Of a stretch of DNA of 64,000 bases, positions 45,374-53,691 are shown piece after piece. The notes under the pieces were generated by a model. That model worked only from the letters and a program-made list of their open reading frames with translations, did not search any database and was not told the origin of the DNA. Position 1 is the first letter of the stretch. Each line of letters begins with the position of its first letter. The DNA lies in assembly GCA_964468585.1 (NCBI GenBank), contig CAYXTM010000005.1:10247-74246 (forward strand), given 5' to 3'. A program made the translations under genes and the position numbers. Source of the stretch: an uncultured Thermoplasmatales archaeon (lineage in GTDB: Archaea; Thermoplasmatota; Thermoplasmata; Thermoplasmatales; GCA-001856825).

Positions 45374-46624
45374 TTAAAAAAGGGGTCGCTGGTCTGGTCT
45401 TACGTTTGCAAGAGGTTTCATAGCCTCATCATTTTCTATTATTTTCACTATGGCGGAAGTTTCATAGTTTAGCTGAATTACAGTGGTTCTTCCATATCTG
45501 CCAAAGCTCTGCACCTCGGATGATATTATTCCCATTTTATCCAATTCTGATATCAGATCTGAAATACGTCTGCTAGTGAGCGGAGGGATACCAATTTTCT
45601 TTATGGCTTTTAAATAGAGATCGTATACTTCTCCAGACGTTATTTTTCCACCACCCTTTATTTCCTTTAGTAGCACTACTGAATACAAGATCGCTTTGGA
45701 ATGAAGGGGGAGGGAAGAAATTATCTCCGTGAACACGTTCCTTTCCAGTCTATCCCTTGCCTCATATATTGAATCCTCGTCAAGCTTTTTCTTATTTTTG
45801 AACAATGCGATCTCGTAAGAGACTCTCAAGAGATCTATAGCCCTTCTAGCATCACCGTTTTCCTGGGCTCCAATGGCGGCAGCCAATCTCAATACAGGCT
45901 CATCAACCATGTCTATGATACCAGAGAACAGGGCTCTATCACGTAGGATGTCATAAATTTCATTGGCTGTATATGGATGGAATACGATAGTCTCTTCCTG
46001 CAGCCTGCTTCTAACCCTTGGGTCCAGATAGTCCATAAATTTCAGATCATTGCTTATGCCTATTATGGATACTTTTCCATTTTTGGATATTTCATTTATT
46101 CTTAGGAGTTGATAGAGAACTGCATCACCTGACTTTTTGACCAATTTATCTACCTCATCAAGGGTCAAAATTAACACTCCACCGAACTCCTCTATCTTTT
46201 CTTGAACAGATTGAAACAATTTATCCATAGGCCATCCTGTAAAGGGAAATTTTTCTTCCCAGGAGTAGAGCAGAGAGTTACCTACGCTAGCCAAAATGCT
46301 ATAAGAACTATCATTTACACCGCAATTTAAGTTTATAACCCTGACTTTGGCATCAAATTTAGTGTTAATTATATTTTCAAGTTCCCGTTCTACAAATTTA
46401 ACAGTACTGGTCTTCCCAACTCCAGGCTTTCCGAATATAAGGATATTTGATGGCCTGCTACCCTGAATAGCAGGAGATAAAATCTGAGCTATTTGCTCAA
46501 CTTCCTTTTCTCTATGAGGTAACCTCTGAGGAATAAATGAGGGATCGAGAGCCTCTTTAACTTTTCCAGCTTCATTGTTAGATTCAAGAAACTTTTCAAA
46601 TATGTTTCTGCTCTCTGAATTCAT
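45374..46624 (-). CDS. cdc6: Orc1/Cdc6 replication initiator
   Basis: 416 aa. Contains LPHREKEVEQI, ILIFGKPGVGKTS (Walker A), ILTLDEVD (Walker B) and a C-terminal winged helix. Confidence 0.9.
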   Translation of the reverse strand: MNSESRNIFEKFLESNNEAGKVKEALDPSFIPQRLPHREKEVEQIAQILSPAIQGSRPSNILIFGKPGVGKTSTVKFVERELENIINTKFDAKVRVINLNCGVNDSSYSILASVGNSLLYSWEEKFPFTGWPMDKLFQSVQEKIEEFGGVLILTLDEVDKLVKKSGDAVLYQLLRINEISKNGKVSIIGISNDLKFMDYLDPRVRSRLQEETIVFHPYTANEIYDILRDRALFSGIIDMVDEPVLRLAAAIGAQENGDARRAIDLLRVSYEIALFKNKKKLDEDSIYEARDRLERNVFTEIISSLPLHSKAILYSVVLLKEIKGGGKITSGEVYDLYLKAIKKIGIPPLTSRRISDLISELDKMGIISSEVQSFGRYGRTTVIQLNYETSAIVKIIENDEAMKPLANVRPDQRPLF

Positions 46625-46711
46625 AGGTAATTGATTTCAATACCAACCTTATTAAAATGGTTTCTTACCACTTGTTTTACCAAAATGTTTATTACCGTTG
46701 CAATTCATAAA

Positions 46712-46735
46712 CCCCCCTCCATTTCCACTGGAAGG
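46712..46735 (-). promoter_or_regulatory. origin recognition box (ORB)-like element with G-string
   Basis: The reverse complement reads CCTTCCAGTGGAAATGGAGGGGGG. The TTCCAGTGGAAA dyad plus a downstream G-run matches the archaeal ORB architecture as I remember it. It lies 90-110 bp upstream of orc1/cdc6. Confidence 0.6.
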
Positions 46736-46781
46736 TTAACCATAGAAATAATGTTGTGAACGAATGAAAATCCAACTTTTC

Positions 46782-48068
46782 TTAATTTCCACTGGAAGAA
46801 TATTGATTTTTTATTAAATTGTCAAGAATATTTTCAGCTTCACCTACCAAATACATTGAACCAGTTATGACAGTATTGATTTTCCTTTCTATTATAGACT
46901 TAATTGCATCTTCTGGCCTTTTTATGATTTCCACATCTTTAAAGAATAATTTTGCCTCAGAAGCCAGCTCTTCAGCGCTCTTTTTGCGATCCTGTTCATT
47001 TGGTTCAGTTATTACGACATGGTCTGAGACCTTAGAGAGGTTATTTAGCACATTATAACTGTTTTTATCCTTTAGTATACCCAAAATAATTAGAGGATTC
47101 TTGATATTATAAAGTTGCAAGTTCTCGGCTAGAACTCTTGATGCTTCTGAATTATGTGACCCATCAAGTATTATTAGTGGGTCCCTACTCCTGACTTCCA
47201 TTCTACCCGGAACAACTGTATCGTTTATGGATTTTACCAAAATTTCTTCATCCGAAATAGCATTGGATTCTATAAGGGCCATGGTTGCTAAGCAAGCATT
47301 TTGGATTTGGTGCTTACCTAGGGCCCTCAATGAAAATTTAAATTCACGGTCTCCATATTTAAATCTAAATTGTGTGCCGTCTATAGAATAATTTATTCCG
47401 TCAACCATATTCATGTCAAAGTTAAAGATTGGGGAATTTTTAGATTTTGCAACTTTTTCTATTTCAACATATGCCTTTTGAGGTATTTGATTCACTATTA
47501 CTGGTTTGTTTTCTTTTATAATCCCCGCTTTTTCTCTAGCAATGCTTTCAATGTATCCGCCAAGCTTGTCAGCATGCTCTAACGAAATGGATGTAATTAC
47601 TGAAGCCTCCGGATTTATGATGTTAGTTGAGTCCAATCTGCCACCCATACCTACTTCTATGGCCGCATATTGAACATTTTTGAATCTGAAATAATCAAAT
47701 GCCATAACAGTAGTAAACTCAAAAAATGTTAATTGAGTCTCCACTCCATCTATATTTACAACTGGTTTGTGTTTTTTCAAAAAATCTTCTATGTACTCAT
47801 CCTCTATTTCAATATCTTGTACGATAATCCTCTCGTTGAATCTTCTTAGGTGTGGGGAGGTGTATATTCCTGCAATATATTTCCTCTTAAGGGCGTTATA
47901 TATAAAAGTCGTAGTACTCCCCTTTCCATTAGAGCCGGTAATATGTATTGACTTAAAGGTATCCTGCGGATTACCCAGTTCACTTGCAAATTTGCTTGTC
48001 GGGCCTAAACCCAATTTAACACCGAACCTTGATAGTGAATAGAAGTAATCCTCAATTTCCTTTTTCAT
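46782..48068 (-). CDS. folC: folylpolyglutamate synthase / dihydrofolate synthase (Mur-ligase family)
   Basis: 428 aa. Contains IHITGSNGKGST (P-loop), the Mur-ligase middle domain (AAIEVGMGGRLDSTN) and the C-terminal domain (ILDGSHN). Confidence 0.75.
   Translation of the reverse strand: MKKEIEDYFYSLSRFGVKLGLGPTSKFASELGNPQDTFKSIHITGSNGKGSTTTFIYNALKRKYIAGIYTSPHLRRFNERIIVQDIEIEDEYIEDFLKKHKPVVNIDGVETQLTFFEFTTVMAFDYFRFKNVQYAAIEVGMGGRLDSTNIINPEASVITSISLEHADKLGGYIESIAREKAGIIKENKPVIVNQIPQKAYVEIEKVAKSKNSPIFNFDMNMVDGINYSIDGTQFRFKYGDREFKFSLRALGKHQIQNACLATMALIESNAISDEEILVKSINDTVVPGRMEVRSRDPLIILDGSHNSEASRVLAENLQLYNIKNPLIILGILKDKNSYNVLNNLSKVSDHVVITEPNEQDRKKSAEELASEAKLFFKDVEIIKRPEDAIKSIIERKINTVITGSMYLVGEAENILDNLIKNQYSSSGN
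46785..46798 (-). promoter_or_regulatory. mini-ORB-like repeat (second copy)
   Basis: ATTTCCACTGGAAG is repeated exactly, in the same orientation as at 46721-46734. This copy has no G-string and lies in the last codons of the FolC-like ORF. Confidence 0.45.
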
Positions 48069-48123
48069 TGCTGAGCAATAAATTGTTGATAAAAATGTTT
48101 ATGCAGGAAATTATACTAATAAC

Positions 48124-48822
48124 ATGGCTGAAATAAGAGTAATAGTTGTGGAACCAAAAAATCCAGGTAATTTAGGATCCATCGCAAGGATAATGAAAAA
48201 TTTCTCAGTAGATGAACTTTACACTGTAAACACTCCGCGAATTCCTCCTGAGGACTTCTTTAGATCAATGAAGGGAGAAGAAATTCTCAGGAAAAGGATC
48301 GATGTACCCACTCTAAAGGATGCAATTAAAGACCTTAAATTAGTAATTGGAACTTCTGGCATCATATCAAAATCAAGGAATGCGGTTTTGAGGAAAAACT
48401 ATAATTCTAAGGAAATATCAAAATTGGTTTCAGGATTGGAAGGGAAGATAGGGGTGGTTTTTGGTAGAGAAGATATTGGGCTTACAAACGAGGAACTGGC
48501 TTTGTGCGATCTGTTCCTCCAAATTCCAGCAAATGATGACTATCCAATTCTAAATGTTTCACATGCTGTTGCAATAGTTCTTTATGAACTATTTTCCACT
48601 ACGAAGGACGAGCAAAGAGACATAATCGATAGGTACAAATTAGATTTATTGGTAAAGAAATTCAGGCAAAACCTAATAGCCAATAATTATCCTAAACATA
48701 GAGTGGATAAGACTGAGCTACTATTCCGGAGGGTTATAGCAAGGGCAGGGATCACTGAATACGAGTATAGAGTTCTGATGGGAACAATCGGTTGTAGAAA
48801 TCGTGACCTCCATTCAGAGTGA
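48124..48822 (+). CDS. SpoU/TrmH-class RNA 2'-O-methyltransferase (TrmJ-like)
   Basis: 232 aa. Contains VVEPKNPGNLGSIARIMKNF, VVFGREDIGLTNEEL and ILNVSHAVAIVLYE, which are SPOUT motifs 1-3. Confidence 0.7.
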   Translation: MAEIRVIVVEPKNPGNLGSIARIMKNFSVDELYTVNTPRIPPEDFFRSMKGEEILRKRIDVPTLKDAIKDLKLVIGTSGIISKSRNAVLRKNYNSKEISKLVSGLEGKIGVVFGREDIGLTNEELALCDLFLQIPANDDYPILNVSHAVAIVLYELFSTTKDEQRDIIDRYKLDLLVKKFRQNLIANNYPKHRVDKTELLFRRVIARAGITEYEYRVLMGTIGCRNRDLHSE

Positions 48823-49489
48823 AGGCATTTATGGTGTACATTTTTGTTTGATTGTACTTTAGAATTTCAATTCCGTATTTTTGGGAGATCTTATTGGCCT
48901 CATCTTCTGTGGGGGATCCAACTACCCCCACTAGACCGTCCGGATGCTTTTTGTAATAAGTGAAAAGAATATCACTCTCTAGGCCTTCAATTGTTTTAGA
49001 TTCTCCATGAACAAAGCCAGAAATGTCAAAGTTTGATAGTTCATTCATATAGCCTTTTAGGCTATCTATTAGCTCTGAAACAGTTTCGTTTATTTTGTCC
49101 AATAACTCCTTTACTGAAGAGTTTACGTACTTCTGTGCGAAATTTTCATTTTCTATCATTATTGTCTTGTCAATATTCTTTTGGATCTTGACTAAAGTAT
49201 TCGTTGCTCTCCTGTCCCTCTCTGGAGACTCACTCTTGAATGGCATAATTGCTATGAAAAATATTTTCTCTCCTCTTGACTTTAAACCCTCCAATAAGGT
49301 AGGCAGGTGTTTTGATGAAAAATTTCCAGCCGGTGATGCGACTACTATAGTGTAGTCGGTTCTCTTAAAAGTACCCCTATTTTCCCATTCCTCTCTATTT
49401 CTCAATCTATATATGAAGGTATGATTAACAGATGTGACAGAATTAACCCCTGCATCTCCCAGTGCAATGATTTTGAATCTGTCTGACAT
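48752..49489 (-). CDS. divergent FtsZ/tubulin-fold protein with degenerate nucleotide-binding motifs
   Basis: The start is set at ATG 49489 (MSDRFKIIALGDAGVNSV) because a TATA-like TTTAAATA sits about 26 nt upstream. It is collinear with FtsZ by eye. T1 is GDAGVN (FtsZ has GGAGNN). T4 is ASPAGNFSS (FtsZ has GGGTGTG). IFFIAIMPFKSESPERDRRA corresponds to VVT.PF.FEG..R. TIMIENE corresponds to LIVIPN. T7 is NFDISG (FtsZ has NVDFAD). Confidence 0.55.
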   Translation of the reverse strand: MSDRFKIIALGDAGVNSVTSVNHTFIYRLRNREEWENRGTFKRTDYTIVVASPAGNFSSKHLPTLLEGLKSRGEKIFFIAIMPFKSESPERDRRATNTLVKIQKNIDKTIMIENENFAQKYVNSSVKELLDKINETVSELIDSLKGYMNELSNFDISGFVHGESKTIEGLESDILFTYYKKHPDGLVGVVGSPTEDEANKISQKYGIEILKYNQTKMYTINAFTLNGGHDFYNRLFPSELYTRIQ

Positions 49490-49511
49490 AAATATGACAT
49501 TATTATGACAG

Positions 49512-49519
49512 TATTTAAA
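49512..49519 (-). promoter_or_regulatory. TATA-like box for the FtsZ-like gene
   Basis: Minus-strand TTTAAATA is centred about 26 nt upstream of ATG 49489. Such boxes are common by chance in AT-rich DNA. Confidence 0.35.
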
Positions 49520-49545
49520 CATTTCCCCATTACAATGTATAACAA

Positions 49546-50604
49546 TTAATTTCTAATTTTCATCAGTGCCTTTAGCAAAATATTCTTTTGGACATTAAGA
49601 GAAAAAGTGTTTTTAACGCCTCCTCCATAACCGAACCCTTTCTTTTCCTTATTGAGCAAACCGGCATTTTCCATATCTCTCAATAGTTTGTAAATTCTCG
49701 ATTCTGGCATGTCAGATGCATATTTTTTAAGGTCATCTGAAGTAAAGTTGTTTTTATTGAGATTATTGAGGAAAATTATTAGAATTTCAATTTCCCAGTC
49801 ATCCAGGTATTCCAGAGCACTGTTATCTATAGGCTCTGAGAATTCCCTACTAACATCAAGTATAAGTTCTGGTGATAATGGAACATCTCTCATTTCCGCC
49901 AATTTGCTTGAATATCTTAACAGTTCTATAGCTATTCTTGCATTACCGGATGGATTTGAAATTTCTGCGATTTTGTAAAGGGATTCATCATCATATGTTC
50001 CATCATATAGTCCGAGTTGGGCCCTATCTTTGAGAATAGAAAACAACTGTTCTATGCCATAATCTGGAAGGTTGACCTGATTTAGCTTGTTCAGGGTTGA
50101 TAATGTATGAACATCCATAAACATTTCTGGATCTTCAATAGTAAGAAGGAGCAATTTCACAGGTGGCAAATTAAGTTCAGTGGACCTCCCCAGAAGATAA
50201 ATTATCCTGCTATTGCTTGCCTTTAGTGAATGGACTTCATCCAAAATAATGAGATTGTTTCTGGGAAGATCTCTGAAGATCTGTCTTGCAATATTTTCAA
50301 TACTGGATGATAGAAATTCTCCACCTCTCCAAATATCCTTTTTTGCAATTTCGGAAAGTATTAGTCTGTCTGAGTTGGATATATAACAATTAACATAGCT
50401 GCTACTGTATTCCCGGTGCTTTTTTATTATGTGCTTGGCAATTACAGTCTTACCAGTCCCTGGTTTTCCTTTCAAGACTACAGTTGATTGTGCATCGGAA
50501 CTGAAAAGAAGTTTATCTATCAAATGTACTTCATTATCCCTACCTATCAACTTCTCTGGGATGTATTCCGGGGTTAGGAAGACTTCATTCTTTATAATCC
50601 TCAT
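49546..50604 (-). CDS. Orc1/Cdc6 paralog (second copy)
   Basis: 352 aa. Contains LIGRDNEV, VVLKGKPGTGKT (Walker A), LIILDEVH (Walker B) and a C-terminal wHTH (IYKLLRDMENAGLL). Confidence 0.85.
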   Translation of the reverse strand: MRIIKNEVFLTPEYIPEKLIGRDNEVHLIDKLLFSSDAQSTVVLKGKPGTGKTVIAKHIIKKHREYSSSYVNCYISNSDRLILSEIAKKDIWRGGEFLSSSIENIARQIFRDLPRNNLIILDEVHSLKASNSRIIYLLGRSTELNLPPVKLLLLTIEDPEMFMDVHTLSTLNKLNQVNLPDYGIEQLFSILKDRAQLGLYDGTYDDESLYKIAEISNPSGNARIAIELLRYSSKLAEMRDVPLSPELILDVSREFSEPIDNSALEYLDDWEIEILIIFLNNLNKNNFTSDDLKKYASDMPESRIYKLLRDMENAGLLNKEKKGFGYGGGVKNTFSLNVQKNILLKALMKIRN

Positions 50605-50652
50605 TAAAGTTAAAAAGGCAAAGGTAATTATAAATGCTATTATACAGATTTT

Positions 50653-51585
50653 ATGGAATATCGAAATATTGGAAAATCTGATCTAAAAGTTTCCAGTATA
50701 GGACTCGGCGCATGGCAGGCCGGGGCCCAAGGCTGGGGCAAAGTATATGATAGGGATGTGAAAGATGCCATCAGGACCTCTATTGACATGGGATTAAATT
50801 TCATAGATACTGCAGAAGCTTATGGGGATGGACATAGTGAATCCGTTATCGGAGAGGCCATCAAGGATATAAGAGATGATATAATTATTGCAACTAAGGT
50901 TTCTGGCAATCATTTAAGGCCGGATCTAATTGAGAGGGCTCTCGATGGAAGTTTGAAAAGGCTTCAGACTTCATATGTTGATCTATATCAAATTCACTGG
51001 CCAGATATTTATACTCCATTAAAAGATACCATGAAAACTCTAGAGAAACTGGTTAATAACGGAAAAATAAGATACATAGGATTATCAAATTTCTCCGTAT
51101 GCCAAATGGAAGAAGCCAGATCGTATCTGTCAACCACAGATATCGTATCAAACCAAGTCAGGTATAATCTCATACAGAGGGAAATAGAGCTTGAAATAAT
51201 GCCATATCAGAACAAAGAAAATATCGGAATAATCGCTTACAGCCCACTTGCACAGGGATTGTTGACTTCAAAATACGATCACATTGTTCTAGATAATAAT
51301 GATGTGAGAAAATCGAATAAATTATTTAATGACCAGAATCTTAAAGCTATGGAACCAATGGTCAAAACCCTTAAGGATATATCTTCTGAAATTGGAAAAT
51401 CAATAGTTCAAATATCCATCAATTGGTTACTCAATCATGATGGTGTAATCCCCATACCAGGGGCAAAGAACAGGGATCAGGCGATAATCAATTTGCAGAG
51501 TAGTGGGTGGAGACTTACACAAGACCATATGAAAAGAATAGATGATGCCTATAAATTGGTAGTTGAAAAATTAGATGTGTTTTGA
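50653..51585 (+). CDS. aldo/keto reductase
   Basis: 310 aa. Contains MEYRNIGKSDLKVSSIGLGAW, FIDTAEAYGDGHSE, VDLYQIHWPD and IPIPGAKN. Confidence 0.85.
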   Translation: MEYRNIGKSDLKVSSIGLGAWQAGAQGWGKVYDRDVKDAIRTSIDMGLNFIDTAEAYGDGHSESVIGEAIKDIRDDIIIATKVSGNHLRPDLIERALDGSLKRLQTSYVDLYQIHWPDIYTPLKDTMKTLEKLVNNGKIRYIGLSNFSVCQMEEARSYLSTTDIVSNQVRYNLIQREIELEIMPYQNKENIGIIAYSPLAQGLLTSKYDHIVLDNNDVRKSNKLFNDQNLKAMEPMVKTLKDISSEIGKSIVQISINWLLNHDGVIPIPGAKNRDQAIINLQSSGWRLTQDHMKRIDDAYKLVVEKLDVF

Positions 51586-51592
51586 AATTAAT

Positions 51593-52210
51593 TTAAAAAT
51601 TTTTTATAAAATCAATCAGGCTTTCAAAGAACTCATGCGGTTTGTCGAGATAGAGCGGGTGTCTGGCGCCTTCCACAATAATTTTCTTTGATTTTCTCAA
51701 TTTCTGAGAATATTTTTCTGCCGGTTCAAGACCTACTACTGTATCATCCTTTCCATAAATTATAAGCACAGGTAGATTAATTTCGGGAAGTCTTTCTTCT
51801 ATGGATCTCGAGTATACACCACCCACGAGAATCAATTTACTTACCCTATTTGGGTAATCAAGTGCATGTCTGAGTACAAAAGGTACTGAAAAAGATGCAC
51901 CTAATAGCAGATATCTATTCAAGTTCAATTTCGAAGTCAGATCATTTATAAATTTAGACATATCAGAATAATCATTTTTGCTCACGTCATAATTAGGATT
52001 CTCCTCTGATAACCCCCAGCCAGGTATGTCCACATAAAGACCGGTGTGTTCTATCTTAGACATATATTCCCATGGCTTTAGATCTATCCAAGTTTGAGCC
52101 TTGAAAGATTTACCGTGCAAGAAGACTATAGTTTTATCATTCCTTAGTTCATTATCCAAGAAATAATGTACCTTCTTCCCTCCCAATTCCAAGAATTTTT
52201 CTTCAACCAT
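51593..52210 (-). CDS. alpha/beta-fold hydrolase
   Basis: 205 aa. Contains IVFLHGKSF (oxyanion region), the nucleophile-elbow-like LLGASFS, and a C-terminal GARHPLYLDKPHEF (His). Confidence 0.65.
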   Translation of the reverse strand: MVEEKFLELGGKKVHYFLDNELRNDKTIVFLHGKSFKAQTWIDLKPWEYMSKIEHTGLYVDIPGWGLSEENPNYDVSKNDYSDMSKFINDLTSKLNLNRYLLLGASFSVPFVLRHALDYPNRVSKLILVGGVYSRSIEERLPEINLPVLIIYGKDDTVVGLEPAEKYSQKLRKSKKIIVEGARHPLYLDKPHEFFESLIDFIKNF

Positions 52211-52252
52211 GAATGAAAATCAATTGATTCTTAATATTATTTTTCTCCTTTC

Positions 52253-52759
52253 TCAATCCTCACCGTTCTTTAACAAGAACTCCTCCTCACCAAATAAGAG
52301 TTTCTTGAAGTTTTCTGGTATGTCATATTTTCTCGTTTTCATATTGCTTTCGATAAGCATTAATTCAGCAAGTTCATCAGGATAACCATCTGCATATACT
52401 ATTTCTTCTATACCAGCATTTATAAGCATTTTGGCACATACAACGCATGGATGAGTGGTGACATAAATTTTACCACCCTTTATCGAAGCTCCTGTTGAGG
52501 CTGCCTGTATAATTGCGTTCTGTTCAGCGTGAAGTCCCCTGCACAATTCATGCCTTTCACCAGATGGAATATTGAGCAATTCCCTAATACATCCTGTCTG
52601 ATCACAATGCATCAGGCCACTTGGCGGCCCATTATAGCCAGTGGATATAATCCTTGAATCCTTGACAATCACTGCTCCTACTTTCCTCCTTGTACAGGTT
52701 GACCGAGATGCCGCCATGAATGCCATTCTCATAAAGTATTCGTCCCAGGATGGTCTCAT
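52253..52759 (-). CDS. dCMP (deoxycytidylate) deaminase
   Basis: 168 aa. Contains the zinc motifs HAEQNAI and [14 protein letters not shown], and the N-terminal WDEYFM typical of ComEB/dCMP deaminases. Confidence 0.85.
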   Translation of the reverse strand: MRPSWDEYFMRMAFMAASRSTCTRRKVGAVIVKDSRIISTGYNGPPSGLMHCDQTGCIRELLNIPSGERHELCRGLHAEQNAIIQAASTGASIKGGKIYVTTHPCVVCAKMLINAGIEEIVYADGYPDELAELMLIESNMKTRKYDIPENFKKLLFGEEEFLLKNGED

Positions 52760-53064
52760 TATATTGTAAAATCAAAACTACTTATTAATTCTGTTGTAGA
52801 TTTGAGGGTAATTGCTCGTGAATTTCAGAGTTTCCTTTTTGTTCGGCCTTTAGTATTCAATATAAATCGCGATTACATCACGATTGAAAATGTTTCTGAA
52901 CAAGGACAGAGACCTCCTAATGTGATAACACGATTTTGAAATCACCAAATCTGTACAAGTGATTCAGTATTTCTCCATGAGATTTAAGAAAATGGCATTT
53001 TCCATTGTGTTGGTACTTCTATTTTCCTCAAGAATTTTCGACTCCCGAATTTCTATATAAACAA

Positions 53065-53098
53065 GATAATCCTAAATTTTTTTGGATTCAGGATTATC
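53065..53098. repeat. 13-nt-arm inverted repeat with T-rich loop
   Basis: GATAATCCTAAAT (53065-53077), an 8-nt TTTTTTGG loop, then ATTCAGGATTATC (53086-53098). The arms are complementary at 12 of 13 positions. It lies in a roughly 490-nt non-coding spacer. Confidence 0.5.
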
Positions 53099-53247
53099 CA
53101 AATTTGTATAACCGCCCCTCGCAATAATCATTGATTCTTCATTAAATATTTCTAGGCTATGTTGACCCCGATTCTAAGCTCTGTGTTTAATGCATCATCC
53201 TATTGCTAGCCACCCAAAATTATTATTCACTGAATGTAATTGAAAAA

Positions 53248-53691
53248 TCAGTAAAGAATTTTATTTAGCATGGAATCAATTTTTTCTATGGAATTCAAAA
53301 ATTCTGTTTTCTCATCTTCAGAGAGCTTGTTGAAGAGCTCCAATAATACTTCCCTGATTTCTTTCTTCAAATAGTTGTATTTAGCTTCTCCAGCCTTGGT
53401 CAGTTTTGCATAATAAATACGCCTATCAGCTCCTCTCACTCTTTCAACATAGCCTTTCTTTTCTAGTGCATCAATCATGAAAGTTACCATTGTATTCGAG
53501 AGACCTGTCAATTCAGAAATCTTAGATAAGTTAATTTCTGCACCAGGCTCCAGCTTCATAATTATAATCTTTTCGGCCTGGCTAAGCTCTCCATCCGAAG
53601 TACCGAGTATTCTTTTTGTGATTTTGCTTAAATTCTTCTTGAGGGACACATACTTTTCAAAAAGGAGATTATCTATCATCTCATTTTCCAT
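53248..53691 (-). CDS. MarR-family transcriptional regulator
   Basis: 147 aa with a MarR wHTH (LSKISELTGLSNTMVTFMIDALEKKGYVERVRGADRRIYYAKLT). It overlaps the upstream MFS gene by 11 nt. Confidence 0.8.
   Translation of the reverse strand: MENEMIDNLLFEKYVSLKKNLSKITKRILGTSDGELSQAEKIIIMKLEPGAEINLSKISELTGLSNTMVTFMIDALEKKGYVERVRGADRRIYYAKLTKAGEAKYNYLKKEIREVLLELFNKLSEDEKTEFLNSIEKIDSMLNKILY

Noticed and set aside
49523-50652. A second replication origin next to the second orc1/cdc6 paralog
   Set aside because: The flanking gaps are only 23 and 48 bp. I found no TTCCAGTGGAAA-like word or G-string there or elsewhere in the window apart from 46712-46798.
52977-53060. 27-codon ORF MRFKKMAFSIVLVLLFSSRIFDSRISI as a real small membrane peptide gene
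   Set aside because: It is too short and I saw no supporting TATA box or ribosome-binding context. It is mentioned only as a possible gene remnant within the spacer finding.
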